Below are positions 48,950 through 59,900 of a stretch of DNA of 64,000 nt, piece after piece; positions within the stretch are counted from its first letter, which is position 1, and every line of letters starts with the position of its first letter. Source of the stretch: Myxococcota bacterium (GTDB lineage Bacteria; Myxococcota_A; SURF-8); contig OZ223209.1 in the NCBI GenBank assembly GCA_965140415.1, forward strand, positions 3,680,001 to 3,744,000. Reading direction: 5' to 3'. A program made the position numbers and the translations under genes. A model generated the notes under the pieces. The model made no database searches, was not told the origin of the DNA, and saw nothing but the letters and a program-made list of their open reading frames with translations.

Positions 48950-51259
48950 ATGACGTTGAAACCCGTAGCATACGGAAAATATCTGCTCATCGATCGAGTG
49001 AGCGTGGGAGGGATGGCCGAGGTTTTCAAAGCCATGGCCGTGGGGCAGTCCGGTTTCCAGAAAGTGCTGGCGATCAAGCGGATTCTGCCCAATGTTGCAG
49101 AAGAAGAAGGCTTCAGCCAGATGTTCGTGGACGAAGCCAACATTGCCGGTCAACTGCACCACGCCAATATCGTTCAAATCTACGATCTCGGAGTGATCGA
49201 AGAGAGCCTGTTCATCGCGATGGAGTTCGTTGAAGGCCAGGACTTGCGCGCGATCTTCGACCGGCTGAAGAAACTCAAGCAGCCCTTCCCCAGCGATCTG
49301 GCGGCTTTCATCGCCTCACAAGCATTGGCGGGGCTGGACTACGCTCATCGCAAAACCGACGCCGCGCTGCGACCGTTGAATATCGTTCATCGTGACGTAT
49401 CCCCGCCCAACCTGATTCTCTCTTACGAGGGCGAAGTGAAACTGATCGATTTCGGCATCGCCAAAGCCGCCAGTAAAGCCAGTAAAACCCAGGCTGGAAT
49501 CCTGAAGGGGAAATTCGGCTACATGTCTCCCGAGCAGGTTCGGGGCATGAAGGTCGACGGTCGCTCGGATGTGTTCTCGATCTCGATCATTCTTTGGGAA
49601 ATGCTGGCCTGCCGCAGGCTGTTCGTCGGCGATACGGACTTCGCCACGCTGGAAAAAGTGCGGGGAATGGAAATCGATCCTCCTTCGTATCACAACAGCC
49701 AGGTTCCGGAAGAGTTGGACCGCATTGCGATGCGCGGACTGGAACGCGACGTCAACAAGCGTTATGAATCCGCTCTGGAAATGCAGCACGATCTGCAACG
49801 CTATCTCTACAGCCAAACCCCGATTTGCAGCCAGGCCACTTTAACGGAATGGATGCAGACCGTATTCAATGAAGAACTGGAACACGCCAAGCAGCGCATG
49901 CTGGAAATCGAGAAACTCGATCTCAATCATTTCGGAATCGATCTGGAAGCGATCGAACAGGCGGAAGTGCAGTCGCTGCGTACGGATAGCGTTCAGGCCA
50001 GACCGGAGACCACGGTAGGTACACCACCTACAACATCACAAAACGCTACCGGGGAAAAGAACGAAAAAAAGGAAAGTGAAGTCCAGGAAAAGGCCAAGCC
50101 TCCTGTTTCAGACAAGAAAACGTCCGAGAAAAAACGGGTAGCAAGCCAAAAACTCGACCTGTCCCCCGAAGACATTCACGATTTTCCCTCTCCGTCAGAC
50201 GAACAGGATGAAGACTGGAAACCGGGCTTTTCTTCCAAAGCCTTATCCGCCCTGCTCACCATCCTGCTTGCCATGTTCTGCCTTGTCGGCTGGTATGTCG
50301 TGGACAAACAGGACATTCACACGCATTCACAGAATGCGCTGGGACAAGCCGGAACCGTGATGTTCTTTGCCAATCGTCCGGAAGCAACCGTTCGACTAGG
50401 TGAAAAAACACTCTGCACGACCCCATGCCGCATGAAAAAATTCCCGGCAGGAAAGCATACCGTACATTTCGAAAAAGACGGTTTCCTTACCGATACCGTT
50501 CATTTCAAAATGCAAAACAAGGCAAGCATCGAGGTGGTCGGAAAGCTGTTCAATCCGGGAGAAGTGCAGGCTGTACTACTCATTCAAAGCGATCCCCCGG
50601 ATGCAGATGTCTGGATCGATGGAGAAAACGCCCCCAACAGTACCCCAGCGGTGATCAACGGACTTCCGGCAGGCAAGGAAATCAGCGTCAAGATCGGGCT
50701 GGAAGGCTATCGCGACGAAGTCCGTACGCTTACTCTTGGCAAAGAGGAGTTTCATTCGCTGTCGGTTTCATTACTGCCCATGACTCCATCCATCCGCATT
50801 CAATCCGAACCGGAAGGCGCAGCGATTTACGTTAATGGACGTAACAGCGGAAAAACGACTCCGAGCCGGATCGATCAGCTTGAAGACGGCAAAAGCTACA
50901 TCGTCCGCGTCGTAAAGGATCGCTATAAGTATTCGCAACAGGAAGTAACGGCCAGCGCGAGTAAAGACGAAAAATTATCCTTCACAATGGAAGCCATCAA
51001 CGGGAACCGCACACCGGAACCCGCTCGTGAGATTTCGCCACGATTCGGATATCTCAACGTGTTCAGCGAGCCCAGTGCAAAAATCTACATCGATGGTCGT
51101 TTCAGCGGGAAATGGTCTCCGGCTACACACCTGAAATTGACCACGGGCCGCCACGAACTGAAGTTGATCAACCCGGACTACAACATTCACAGCATCAATG
51201 CGGTCACGATCAAAAGCGGACAGACAACGCGGTTCAGGAAACGCTTCACCAATCCGTAA
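48950..51259 (+). CDS. Membrane Ser/Thr protein kinase with PEGA domains
   Basis: GGMAEVF, AIKRIL, HRDVSPPN, DFGIAK, GKFGYMSPEQ; one TM; repeated S.P..A...DG....TP PEGA units; candidate promoter TTGACA-N17-TAGAGT at 48882-48910. Confidence 0.93.
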   Translation: MTLKPVAYGKYLLIDRVSVGGMAEVFKAMAVGQSGFQKVLAIKRILPNVAEEEGFSQMFVDEANIAGQLHHANIVQIYDLGVIEESLFIAMEFVEGQDLRAIFDRLKKLKQPFPSDLAAFIASQALAGLDYAHRKTDAALRPLNIVHRDVSPPNLILSYEGEVKLIDFGIAKAASKASKTQAGILKGKFGYMSPEQVRGMKVDGRSDVFSISIILWEMLACRRLFVGDTDFATLEKVRGMEIDPPSYHNSQVPEELDRIAMRGLERDVNKRYESALEMQHDLQRYLYSQTPICSQATLTEWMQTVFNEELEHAKQRMLEIEKLDLNHFGIDLEAIEQAEVQSLRTDSVQARPETTVGTPPTTSQNATGEKNEKKESEVQEKAKPPVSDKKTSEKKRVASQKLDLSPEDIHDFPSPSDEQDEDWKPGFSSKALSALLTILLAMFCLVGWYVVDKQDIHTHSQNALGQAGTVMFFANRPEATVRLGEKTLCTTPCRMKKFPAGKHTVHFEKDGFLTDTVHFKMQNKASIEVVGKLFNPGEVQAVLLIQSDPPDADVWIDGENAPNSTPAVINGLPAGKEISVKIGLEGYRDEVRTLTLGKEEFHSLSVSLLPMTPSIRIQSEPEGAAIYVNGRNSGKTTPSRIDQLEDGKSYIVRVVKDRYKYSQQEVTASASKDEKLSFTMEAINGNRTPEPAREISPRFGYLNVFSEPSAKIYIDGRFSGKWSPATHLKLTTGRHELKLINPDYNIHSINAVTIKSGQTTRFRKRFTNP

Positions 51260-51345
51260 CCCATACGTTTCGTGCAGCGAATTTCACCTTTCATACGGTA
51301 CAACTCTTCACGCAATTGCAGCTTTCGATTCAAATTCAATCGAAG

Positions 51346-51373
51346 AATGACAACTGTGTAATAACGTGTCATT
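51346..51373. promoter_or_regulatory. CusR/CopR-like operator upstream of the two-component pair
   Basis: TGACA-actg-TGTAAT fits the cop-box pattern TGACA-N4-TGTNAT; also AATGACA...TGTCATT inverted repeat. Confidence 0.55.
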
Positions 51374-51458
51374 AATCTTTTTTAATAATCTACGTCTTTG
51401 AAAAGCGGTCGTTCCGGCTATAATGACCCCACGAAAAACGCGCCAACGGAATCAGGTC

Positions 51459-52133
51459 ATGCGCTTGTTATTGGTGGAAGACGACGAACATTTGGCAAGT
51501 ATGCTCCGCAGAGGGCTTGAAGAAGAAGGCTACGAAGTCGATTGGACCGAGGATGGCGAACGTGGTCTTCAGTTGGCCCTGGAATTCGCCTATCACTGCA
51601 TCATTCTCGATCTCATGCTACCGGAACGGGACGGTCTTTCGCTTTGCCGCAAGCTTCGAGAACAGGGGCGCCAGCAACCGGTCATCATTTTAACGGCCAA
51701 GAATGCACTGGAAGATAAAATCGAGGGGTTCTCTTCGGGTGCCGACGACTATATGGTCAAACCCTTCTCGTTTGAGGAGTTGCTCGCCAGAATCGAAGTG
51801 CGCATCCGCCGCAATCAACCACAACGCGGCCCACAACCGTCCTATAAAGATCTGGTTCTCGATCCGATCGAACGCACGGCTACACGCGAAGGCAAGCGCA
51901 TCGAACTGACCAGCAAAGAATACGCCCTGTTGGAATACCTGTTGCGTAACGCCGAGCAGGTCGTCACCGACAAGCAACTGATCGAGGATGTCTGGGGATT
52001 ATCCTTCGATCCGCAAACCAATGTAATCAACGTCTACCTTCATCACCTGCGCAATAAAATCGATCGCAACTTCTCCAGCCCTCTGATTCATACCATTCGC
52101 GGCAAAGGTTACCGCTTTGGAGACAAGCCATGA
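51459..52133 (+). CDS. OmpR-family response regulator (CusR/CopR-like)
   Basis: LLVEDD, LDLMLP, GADDYMVKPF, TNVINVY...IHTIRGKGY. Confidence 0.93.
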   Translation: MRLLLVEDDEHLASMLRRGLEEEGYEVDWTEDGERGLQLALEFAYHCIILDLMLPERDGLSLCRKLREQGRQQPVIILTAKNALEDKIEGFSSGADDYMVKPFSFEELLARIEVRIRRNQPQRGPQPSYKDLVLDPIERTATREGKRIELTSKEYALLEYLLRNAEQVVTDKQLIEDVWGLSFDPQTNVINVYLHHLRNKIDRNFSSPLIHTIRGKGYRFGDKP

Positions 52134-53197
52134 AAATCGTATCCATCCGTTGGAAGTTGACCCTGCTTTACGTCATAACGGTTGCGATTCTGCTCGCGGT
52201 CTTCATCGGCGCGGATGTCATCGGTTTGAAGCGAAATCTGATGCAACAGGCCGGAGAACACGCCATCTCCCAGCAGATGATGCATGACACCTGGACGCGC
52301 GCTCTATGGGAGCATGTCTCCATCGGCGCTCTGCTGTTGGTGGTTGTGTTTGTTTTGGGATACTTGTTCATTCGCCGGGCCTTGAAACCGGTACGCGAGA
52401 TCACTCACACCGCACGACAAATCACGGCAGAGGATTTGAGCCTGCGTGTCGATGCCCACGGCGACCGAAATGAGATCGGTCAACTGGCGGACACCTTGAA
52501 CGACATGATCGAACGCCTGCAAACCTCGTTTGTGCGCATCAAACAGTTCTCCGCCGATGCCGCTCACGAGTTGAGTACGCCGCTCACGATTCTTCGTGGT
52601 GAGGTGGAACTGGCGCTGCGCAAGGAGCGGTCGGCGGAAAGTTACCACCAAACGCTGACTCAACTATTGGGAGAAATCGACCAGCTCTCCTCGATCATCG
52701 ATAACCTGCTGCTGCTTTCTCAAATCGACAACAAACGTGTTACGCTGCCCGAAACGAATGTGGCGCTGGACGACGTGATCATGAAAGCGTATGAGGAAAC
52801 CCTGCCTATTTCGCAAGGTAAAGGAATTGCACTTGAACTGGAGCGAATCGACACGGTTTCCGTACAAGGTCACGAACATTTGCTTAAACGGCTGGTCGTC
52901 AATCTACTGACCAACGCCGTGAAATTCAGTTCGAACAACGACCGGGTTGCAATTCGCCTCACTGCCGCCGATGCCGGTTTCGAACTTTCGATTCAGGACC
53001 AGGGCATCGGCATCCCGCAGAAAGAGTTGCCCTTTGTGTTCGACCGCTTTTACCGTGTGGAAAAGAGCCGCACCAAACGGGCCGGCGGTTGCGGCCTTGG
53101 TTTGTCCATCGCCAAGGAAATTGCGGATCTGCACGGGCTGAAGTTGAGCATCACAAGTGAAGTCGGTAAAGGCACCACCGTTTCGCTGACAAGCTGA
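52130..53197 (+). CDS. HAMP sensor histidine kinase (CusS-like, short sensor loop)
   Basis: Two TMs, HAMP, AAHELSTPL, NLLTNAVKF, DQGIGI, FDRFYR, GCGLGL. Confidence 0.92.
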   Translation: MKIVSIRWKLTLLYVITVAILLAVFIGADVIGLKRNLMQQAGEHAISQQMMHDTWTRALWEHVSIGALLLVVVFVLGYLFIRRALKPVREITHTARQITAEDLSLRVDAHGDRNEIGQLADTLNDMIERLQTSFVRIKQFSADAAHELSTPLTILRGEVELALRKERSAESYHQTLTQLLGEIDQLSSIIDNLLLLSQIDNKRVTLPETNVALDDVIMKAYEETLPISQGKGIALELERIDTVSVQGHEHLLKRLVVNLLTNAVKFSSNNDRVAIRLTAADAGFELSIQDQGIGIPQKELPFVFDRFYRVEKSRTKRAGGCGLGLSIAKEIADLHGLKLSITSEVGKGTTVSLTS

Positions 53198-53286
53198 AAT
53201 CGTATTTCAATTCCCCCTCCAAAAAGGTTCAACTCCTATTTCCGGCGAACCTTCTCAATTCAAATCGATAGCGCTGGTAGCTTCCT

Positions 53287-53457
53287 GTTCCCTTCCCCGA
53301 CGGAGCCGCCTCGCATCATGAGGCTTGGTTCACCGGGGCTTTAGCGGGCGGCAGTCAAGGCCGGAGCAAAGCGACGTTCATATAGCCTTGACGGCTGCGC
53401 GCGCCCCGGTACAAGCCACAGATGATGCGTGGCAGGTGACGGAAGGCGGAAGGGAAC
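53287..53457. other. ~170-nt imperfect hairpin (ssDNA-promoter-like element or structured ncRNA)
   Basis: Nested complementary blocks GTTCCCTTCC/GGAAGGGAAC, CGCATCAT/ATGATGCG, GGCTTG/CAAGCC, ACCGGGGC/GCCCCGGT, GTCAAGGC/GCCTTGAC around a 23-nt loop. Confidence 0.75.
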
Positions 53458-53529
53458 CCCTTCCTTGATGGTGGGCCTTGTGGATTCTTGTCTTTCCGTT
53501 AGGCTCCCCGGCTTGGGGATTGTATCTAT

Positions 53530-53573
53530 AAAAAACGCAAAAACGGCGCTTCCATGATGAAAGCGCCGTTTGC
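53530..53573 (-). terminator. Terminator of the hdr-flx operon
   Basis: AAACGGCGCTT / AAGCGCCGTTT stem with U tract on the minus strand. Confidence 0.8.
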
Positions 53574-53596
53574 ATTTTCAGATCAAGCTTGCTCGA

Positions 53597-54463
53597 TCAA
53601 TAGTCCGAAGGCAACTCGCCCAGTTCCGCCAACGAGAAGACGGGACCGTCTTTGCACACGAACTGATCGCCGACGTTGCAGCGTCCACACATTCCGATGC
53701 CGCATTTCATGCGATTTTCCAGCGACAGAATGATGCGCTCGTCCGGGAAACCGACTTTCTTCAACACCGGCTGCGTAAAGCGGATCATGGCAGGCGGACC
53801 GCAAACGATGGCGATGGCGTCATCGGCGCTGGTGATTTTCTGTTCCACGATGGTTGGAACGAAACCACTGTTGCAACGCCAACCTGGCTGTTCCTCGTTT
53901 TCGTGGAAGGAATCGACCGTGATGTGCATTTCGATATCGTCGCTCTTGGTCCAATTGATGATCTCGTCGCGATAAATCAGGTGGCCCAGGCTGCGCGCGC
54001 CGTACACGGCGATAATGCGCTTGAACTTGGCGCGGTTATCGGGATGCATCATGTAAACGATACTGGAGCGCAGCGTACTGAAAGCGCAACCGCCGCCCAC
54101 GATGACCACGTTCTTGCCTTCCATTTCCTTCCAGGGATAGTAGTTCCCCAGCGGACCGCGCAGGCCGATGATGTCGCCCTTGCTCATGTTGTGCAGGGTC
54201 GAGGTAACGCTGCCGACCTTTTGCACGGTGAAGTACAGAAAACCTTTTTCCGTGGGAGAACTGGCGATGCCGATCGGAATTTCGCCCTTACCGGGAATGG
54301 ACAGTTCCGCGAACTGACCGGGAATGAAGGAGAACTTCGCTTCATCTTCCGGGTTGAGGAATACGAGCTTGAAGGTACGCAGGCTGCGATCTTCGGTTTC
54401 CTCGATGACCTCTTCGATCCGCACCGGATACGGCAGATAGGCATTGATAGTATTCAATAACAT
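53597..54463 (-). CDS. flxA: FAD/NAD-binding oxidoreductase with 2Fe-2S (FlxA-type)
   Basis: PGQF, GEIPIGIASSP, LRGPLGN, CGPP.M, MKCGIGMCGRC...CKDGPVF; start ATG 54463. Confidence 0.85.
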   Translation of the reverse strand: MLLNTINAYLPYPVRIEEVIEETEDRSLRTFKLVFLNPEDEAKFSFIPGQFAELSIPGKGEIPIGIASSPTEKGFLYFTVQKVGSVTSTLHNMSKGDIIGLRGPLGNYYPWKEMEGKNVVIVGGGCAFSTLRSSIVYMMHPDNRAKFKRIIAVYGARSLGHLIYRDEIINWTKSDDIEMHITVDSFHENEEQPGWRCNSGFVPTIVEQKITSADDAIAIVCGPPAMIRFTQPVLKKVGFPDERIILSLENRMKCGIGMCGRCNVGDQFVCKDGPVFSLAELGELPSDY

Positions 54464-54474
54464 AGGACTGTCCC

Positions 54475-55515
54475 CTATTTCTTGTAAGAGTTCATCATCT
54501 GGGCGACCTGGCGGATATCGATGTTCACCGGGCACACGTCAACGCAACGACCGCAACCGACGCACAACACGCCGTTGTCGTTCTTGTCCAGATAGTACTT
54601 CAGTTTGTGCATGAAACGCTGACGGGTACGCTGGTACTTCTCACCGCGCGGGTTGTGACCCATGCCGTGCTTGGTGAACAGCGGGAACATGCAGCTATCC
54701 CAGTTGCGAATGCGGTCGCCTTCGCCTTTGCGGGTTTCGTCCTGAATGTCGAAACACCAACAGGTCGGGCAGGAATACGTACACGCACCACAATTCAAAC
54801 AACCCTCGAAAGAGGTCTTCCAGAATTCCGCCTCGAACAGATCCTTCTGCGGAATCTTGGCCAAATTGTCGATTTCCACTTTGCTGCGAACTTTGGCTTC
54901 CGCTTCGGCGGCCATCTTTTCCGCAGCCTGAGCTTGCTCGGCCTTGGCGTCAGTGCCGCCCAGTTTACCCAACACCGCCTCACCCTTTTCGGTAAGCGCG
55001 CGCGCGAAGTAGCCGTCGCCCAGATCCGTTACCAGCACATCCAGGCCCTTGGTGTCGTGAGGACCGCAATTGACCGATGTGCAGAAACAGGAAGCGCAGG
55101 GCTCGTTACAGGCCACACCTACAAAGGTGGTGGATTCGTAACGGCGGGTCCACCAGGGATCTTTGTATTCGGGCGTATCGAAGTTCACCTGCACCAGCTG
55201 AAAGGCCATCGCGTCGCAAGGACGTACGCCGATCAGGGTCTGCGGGCTGAAATCCTTCTCCGCTTCCTTCATGATCCCGTTCTGTTCGTCAGCCGGGTCC
55301 AGGCTGTACTCGAACATCCGCTCCGACTGCGGGAACACGGTGTTTTTGGGAGACAGACGGGTGCGGGTCGATACGAAATCGAGCGCCACGCCGTTTTCGA
55401 TCGGCTTATACAGCGCATAGCTCCCGTTTTTCACCGGCGCGATCACTCGCTCGGCCTTGGCCAGCGCGGTTACTGCCGCGGACCATTCTTCTTTCGTAAA
55501 GCTTTTCTCAGTCAT
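54475..55515 (-). CDS. flxB: 4Fe-4S protein (FlxB/AsrA-type)
   Basis: GVRPCD, CFC, CLNCGACTYSCPTCWCF, WDSC, RFMHK, CVGCGRCVDVCP. Confidence 0.85.
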   Translation of the reverse strand: MTEKSFTKEEWSAAVTALAKAERVIAPVKNGSYALYKPIENGVALDFVSTRTRLSPKNTVFPQSERMFEYSLDPADEQNGIMKEAEKDFSPQTLIGVRPCDAMAFQLVQVNFDTPEYKDPWWTRRYESTTFVGVACNEPCASCFCTSVNCGPHDTKGLDVLVTDLGDGYFARALTEKGEAVLGKLGGTDAKAEQAQAAEKMAAEAEAKVRSKVEIDNLAKIPQKDLFEAEFWKTSFEGCLNCGACTYSCPTCWCFDIQDETRKGEGDRIRNWDSCMFPLFTKHGMGHNPRGEKYQRTRQRFMHKLKYYLDKNDNGVLCVGCGRCVDVCPVNIDIRQVAQMMNSYKK

Positions 55516-55533
55516 GTATTTACCTCAATCCCG

Positions 55534-56484
55534 CTAGCGGATGAAATCGTTAAGATCCTGAACTCGGTAAGCATCGAGCAGCGCATCGTTTTCAACGGAC
55601 AATCCCGCCTCATGGTCGTAGAGCTGCTTGGCGTCTTTATTCAGTTTCTTGGTCAAGTAACGCACCGGGATATCCATCGGACACGCACGCTCGCAGGAGC
55701 CGCAGTCCGTACAACGACCGGCCATATGGAAGGCGCGCAGGAAATGGAACGTCATGGTGTCGGTCGGATCAATACTCTTTCCAATCCACTGCGGCTTGCT
55801 TTCGTCCACGAAACAGGTCGGGCAGTAGCATTCCGGGCAGGCATCGCGACAGGCATAGCAACGGATGCAAGCACTGAACGCATCTTCGAAGGAAGCCCAA
55901 CGCTGATCTTCAGGAAGATTTTCAACTTCTTCGACATCCGCATACAGCGTTTCCGCACCGGTTTCCTCTACGGCATCGCCCAGCATTTCGTCGTGAATCA
56001 CCGGGTTGCGATGCGCGCAGGTGGCGCAGTTATTCTGCAATACGTCGGCTTTGGCCAACGTCAGCGTTTCGCCGTTTAGCTGCACGGTCAGGTTATCGCC
56101 TTCTTCCGTTACTTCCAGCACTTCACGACCGGCTGCTTTTTCCTGGACTTTCTTCGGGTCCACCATGCCGGTGCAGGGCGCGCCCAGAATCACCAGGTCT
56201 TCGCGCTTCACTTGATTTTCGTGAATGTGCATCACGATATTGCGCGAGGAGCATCCCGTCGCCACGATACCGATTTTGCCTTTGCGACCACGAAGGTAAG
56301 TAACCAGGTTCATGGCGCAGTTACTGTCCCAGATCAAACTATCGGCCTGATCCGCCTGGGTAATCACCGTAGGAACGCTCGCCATCGGGCGGCTGCCTTT
56401 GGTGTAACCGATAAAGCAATCGACCTTTCCTTCTTCCAGCAGCCGTTTGGCGCTTTCTCTGATTTTATTCGTGTACTCGATCAT
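55534..56484 (-). CDS. flxC: 4Fe-4S protein (FlxC-type)
   Basis: CIRCYACRDACPECYCPTCF; RAFHMAGRCTDCGSCERACP. Confidence 0.85.
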   Translation of the reverse strand: MIEYTNKIRESAKRLLEEGKVDCFIGYTKGSRPMASVPTVITQADQADSLIWDSNCAMNLVTYLRGRKGKIGIVATGCSSRNIVMHIHENQVKREDLVILGAPCTGMVDPKKVQEKAAGREVLEVTEEGDNLTVQLNGETLTLAKADVLQNNCATCAHRNPVIHDEMLGDAVEETGAETLYADVEEVENLPEDQRWASFEDAFSACIRCYACRDACPECYCPTCFVDESKPQWIGKSIDPTDTMTFHFLRAFHMAGRCTDCGSCERACPMDIPVRYLTKKLNKDAKQLYDHEAGLSVENDALLDAYRVQDLNDFIR

Positions 56485-56927
56485 TACGCCACCTTCGCCT
56501 TCGTTTTGATGAGTTGGTGCGCCGGTCCGGCTTCACGAACGTTTTTAATCACATCCTGAGCCACTTCGGCGAACTTGGTGCCTTCCGCCGCGGAAATCCA
56601 CGAGAATTGCAGGCGACGCTCATCGATACCGATGTGTTTGAACATGTTACGCAGCAACGTAAACTTACGTCGGGCGTAGAAGTTGCCCTCGATGTAGTGG
56701 CAATCACCCGGATGACAACCGGAAATCCAGATGCCGTCCGCGCCACCGCGAAATGCGGAAAGAATCATCTTGGGGCTTACGCGTCCCGAACAGGGAACGC
56801 GAATGATTTTGAAATCGGGCGGATACTGCAAGCGGTTGACTCCGGCGAGGTCGGCTGCCCCGTAGGTGCACCAGTTGCACAAAAAGGTCACGATTTTCGG
56901 CTGCCAGGTTTCTTCATTATTTTCCAT
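56484..56927 (-). CDS. flxD: MvhD/FlxD 2Fe-2S subunit
   Basis: FLCNWCTY.AADLAG, RVPCSGRV, GCHPGDCHY.EGN, WISAAEG. Confidence 0.92.
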   Translation of the reverse strand: MENNEETWQPKIVTFLCNWCTYGAADLAGVNRLQYPPDFKIIRVPCSGRVSPKMILSAFRGGADGIWISGCHPGDCHYIEGNFYARRKFTLLRNMFKHIGIDERRLQFSWISAAEGTKFAEVAQDVIKNVREAGPAHQLIKTKAKVA

Positions 56928-56956
56928 AGTAATACTCTCTTTTCACCGTGAGTTCG

Positions 56957-59900
56957 CTATATCGCTTCCATGATCTGAACCATCAACTGATCTTCCTCGA
57001 AGCCGCGCAGGTTGATTGCGCCGGAGCGACAGGAAGCGACGCACAGACCGCAACCCTTGCAGACCATCGGGTTGATTTCCGACTTGCCGGCATTGGGGCC
57101 TTCCTTGATCAAGGTCGGCGCATTGTAAGGACAGACATCCACGCAGACGCCGCAGGAACTGCAATCCGCCGGATTGACGTAGGCGATCTGACCGCTGATC
57201 CGAATGCGTTCGCGCGCAAGCAGTGTCGTGGCGCGGCTGGCCGCAGCCTGAGCCTGGGCGATGGCTTCGTCGATGGGCTTGGGATAATGCGCCATGCCGC
57301 ACAGGAACACGCCGTCGGTGGCGAAATCGCTGGGAGCCAGTTTGACGTGCGACTCCAAGAAGAAGCCGTCGCCGTTCATGGACACCTTGAACATCTGGGC
57401 CAATGCACTGTCTTTGTAAGGCACGATGGCGGTAGCCAGCACCAGCATGTCGGTGCTGATTTCCAACGGGCGGTGCAACACGTGGTCTTCCACGGTGACC
57501 GTCAACACGCCGTCTTTCTCTTCGACGACCGGCTTGTTGTCCACGCTGAAGCGAATGAAGATCACACCCAGTTCGCGGGCTTTCTGATACAAGCGTTCCC
57601 GCTCGCCGTAGGTGCGCACGTCCCGGTAAAGCACGTAGACTTTCAACTCCGGGTTCTTCTCCTTCAAACGAATGGCACTCTTGACCGTATGCGTACAGCA
57701 CACGCGCGAGCAGTAGGGACGCTCGGGTTCGCGGGAGCCGACGCACTGAATGAACACGGCGCTCTTCATCTCATCCAGAGCCGGATCTTCGTTCATGAAC
57801 TTCATATCCAGGTCTTGGTGAGTAATGACGGCGGCGTGCTTGCCATACATGTATTCGGTGGTTTCAAACGGCTTGGCGCCGGTAGCGATAATCGCCACAC
57901 CGTGCTTGATCTGCGCGGTGAGATCGCCCTTCTGCAAAGTGCTGGTGAAGTTACCGACGAAACCGTCCACTTCCTTCAAGGTCGTGCCGGTGTGAACGTC
58001 GATGTTGGCATCGCCTTCAACTTCCGCTATCAGGCTCTTCAGGTTGTCCTGAATGTTTTCACCCAACCAGGTCAGGAAAAGCTGACGGCTCTGGCCGCCC
58101 AACTCGGCTTCGCGCTCGATCAGATCGACATGGTAACCCTGGCGGGACAGACTGCGAGCCGCCGTCAATCCACTAAAGCCACCACCGATGACCATCACGT
58201 TCTGGTTGATTTCCAGTTCCGCCTCGGTCAACTGAGACAGGAAGGTAACCTTTGCAACCGCCATACGCACCAGATCCTTGGACTTCTGCGTGGCAGCCTC
58301 TGTATCGTCTTTATGTACCCAGCTGACGTGGTTACGAATGTTGGCGAATTCGAACAGGTACTTGTTCAGTCCCGCCGCCGCCATCGTTTCCTGGAACAAC
58401 GGTTCGTGGGTTTTCGGCGAACAAGCCGCAACGACAATGCGGTTGAGCTTGTATTCCTTAATTACAGAAGCGATGGCATCCTGCGTATCCTGCGAGCAGG
58501 TGTACAGGTTGTCGGTGGCATACTCGACGAACGGCAGGGTCGCCGCGTAATCCTTGACTGCCGGAACATCCACCACACCGCCGATGTTTTTACCGCAGTG
58601 GCAAACAAACACGCCAACGCGCGGGCGTTCGTTGCTCACATCGATTTCAGCAGTCGGCTCTTCTTTGGTGATCAGCGTTCCGCGAGCATCCGCGATATCC
58701 GCACCGGCACAGAGAGCGGCGGAACTGGCATCCACGACCGATTGCGGAATGTCTTTCGGTCCCTGGAATGCACCGCAAGCGTAGATACCATCGCGGGAGG
58801 TCGAGACCGGCGAGAAGCTGTCGGTTTTGCAGAAATTGCTCGGAGTCAGATCCAGACCGAACTTGTTGGACATCTCGACCATCTCAGGCGAGGTCTGCAA
58901 GCCGACGGACAACACGACCAGATCGTAGGTGTCGGTCGCCATCGTGCCGTCATCCTGCACGTAGGTCAACACCAGGTTGTCTTTGTCATCGGGAATGACC
59001 GAGTGAATACGGGTGCGAATGAAATTGATGCCGTGCTTTTCGCGCGCATCGTTGTAGCAGGCTTCAAAATCTTTACCGTGGGTACGCATATCCATATAGA
59101 ACAGCGTACAATCCACATCCGGACCGTGCTCCTTGGTAATGATCGCTTCCTTGATCGCGTACATGCAGCAGACCGACGAGCAGTGGGAACGCTCGGCGTT
59201 GTGAACGTCGCGCGAACCGACGCATTGCAGCCACGCGATTTTCTTGGGCTCTTCATGATCGGAAGGCCGTGCCACGTGTCCCTGGGTGGGACCGGAAGCG
59301 GAAAGCAGGCGCTCGAATTCGATGGAGGTGACCACGTTCGGATACTTGGAATATCCATATTGAATCAGGGCATCGGCCTTGAAGGTTTCAAAACCGGGGG
59401 CCATGATGATCGAACCGACGTTCAGCTTGACCGTCTTTTCGGTATCTTCGTAATTGATCGCGCCCTTGGGGCACACGCGAGCGCAGGTACCGCACTTGCC
59501 CTTGGTCAGCTTGATGCAGTGCTCGGCATCGATGACGTATTTCAATGGCACGGCCTGCGGATACAGAATGTGAATGGCTTTGCGCTTGCCCAGTCCGGCG
59601 TTATACGCATCATCCACCTTGGACGGACATTTCTGTACGCACATGCCACAGGCGATGCATTTGTCCATATCCACGTAACGCGGATGCTGCAAAATCTCGA
59701 CTGTGAAATTTCCTTTTTCGCCCTGGATATCTTTAATGTCCGCCAGGGTCAGGATTTCGATATTCTTGTGCCGACCCACTTCAACCAGTTTCGGCGACAT
59801 GATACACATCGAGCAGTCGTTGGTCGGGAAGGTCTTGTCCAGTTGCGCCATCACGCCACCGATCGAAGATGCCTTCTCCACCAGGTAAACCTTGTAACCG

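Noticed and set aside
53287-53457. 6S RNA, SRP RNA or tRNA identity for the long hairpin
   Set aside because: No large central bubble, no SRP GNRA/AGCAG domain, no cloverleaf; left unassigned pending an Rfam search.
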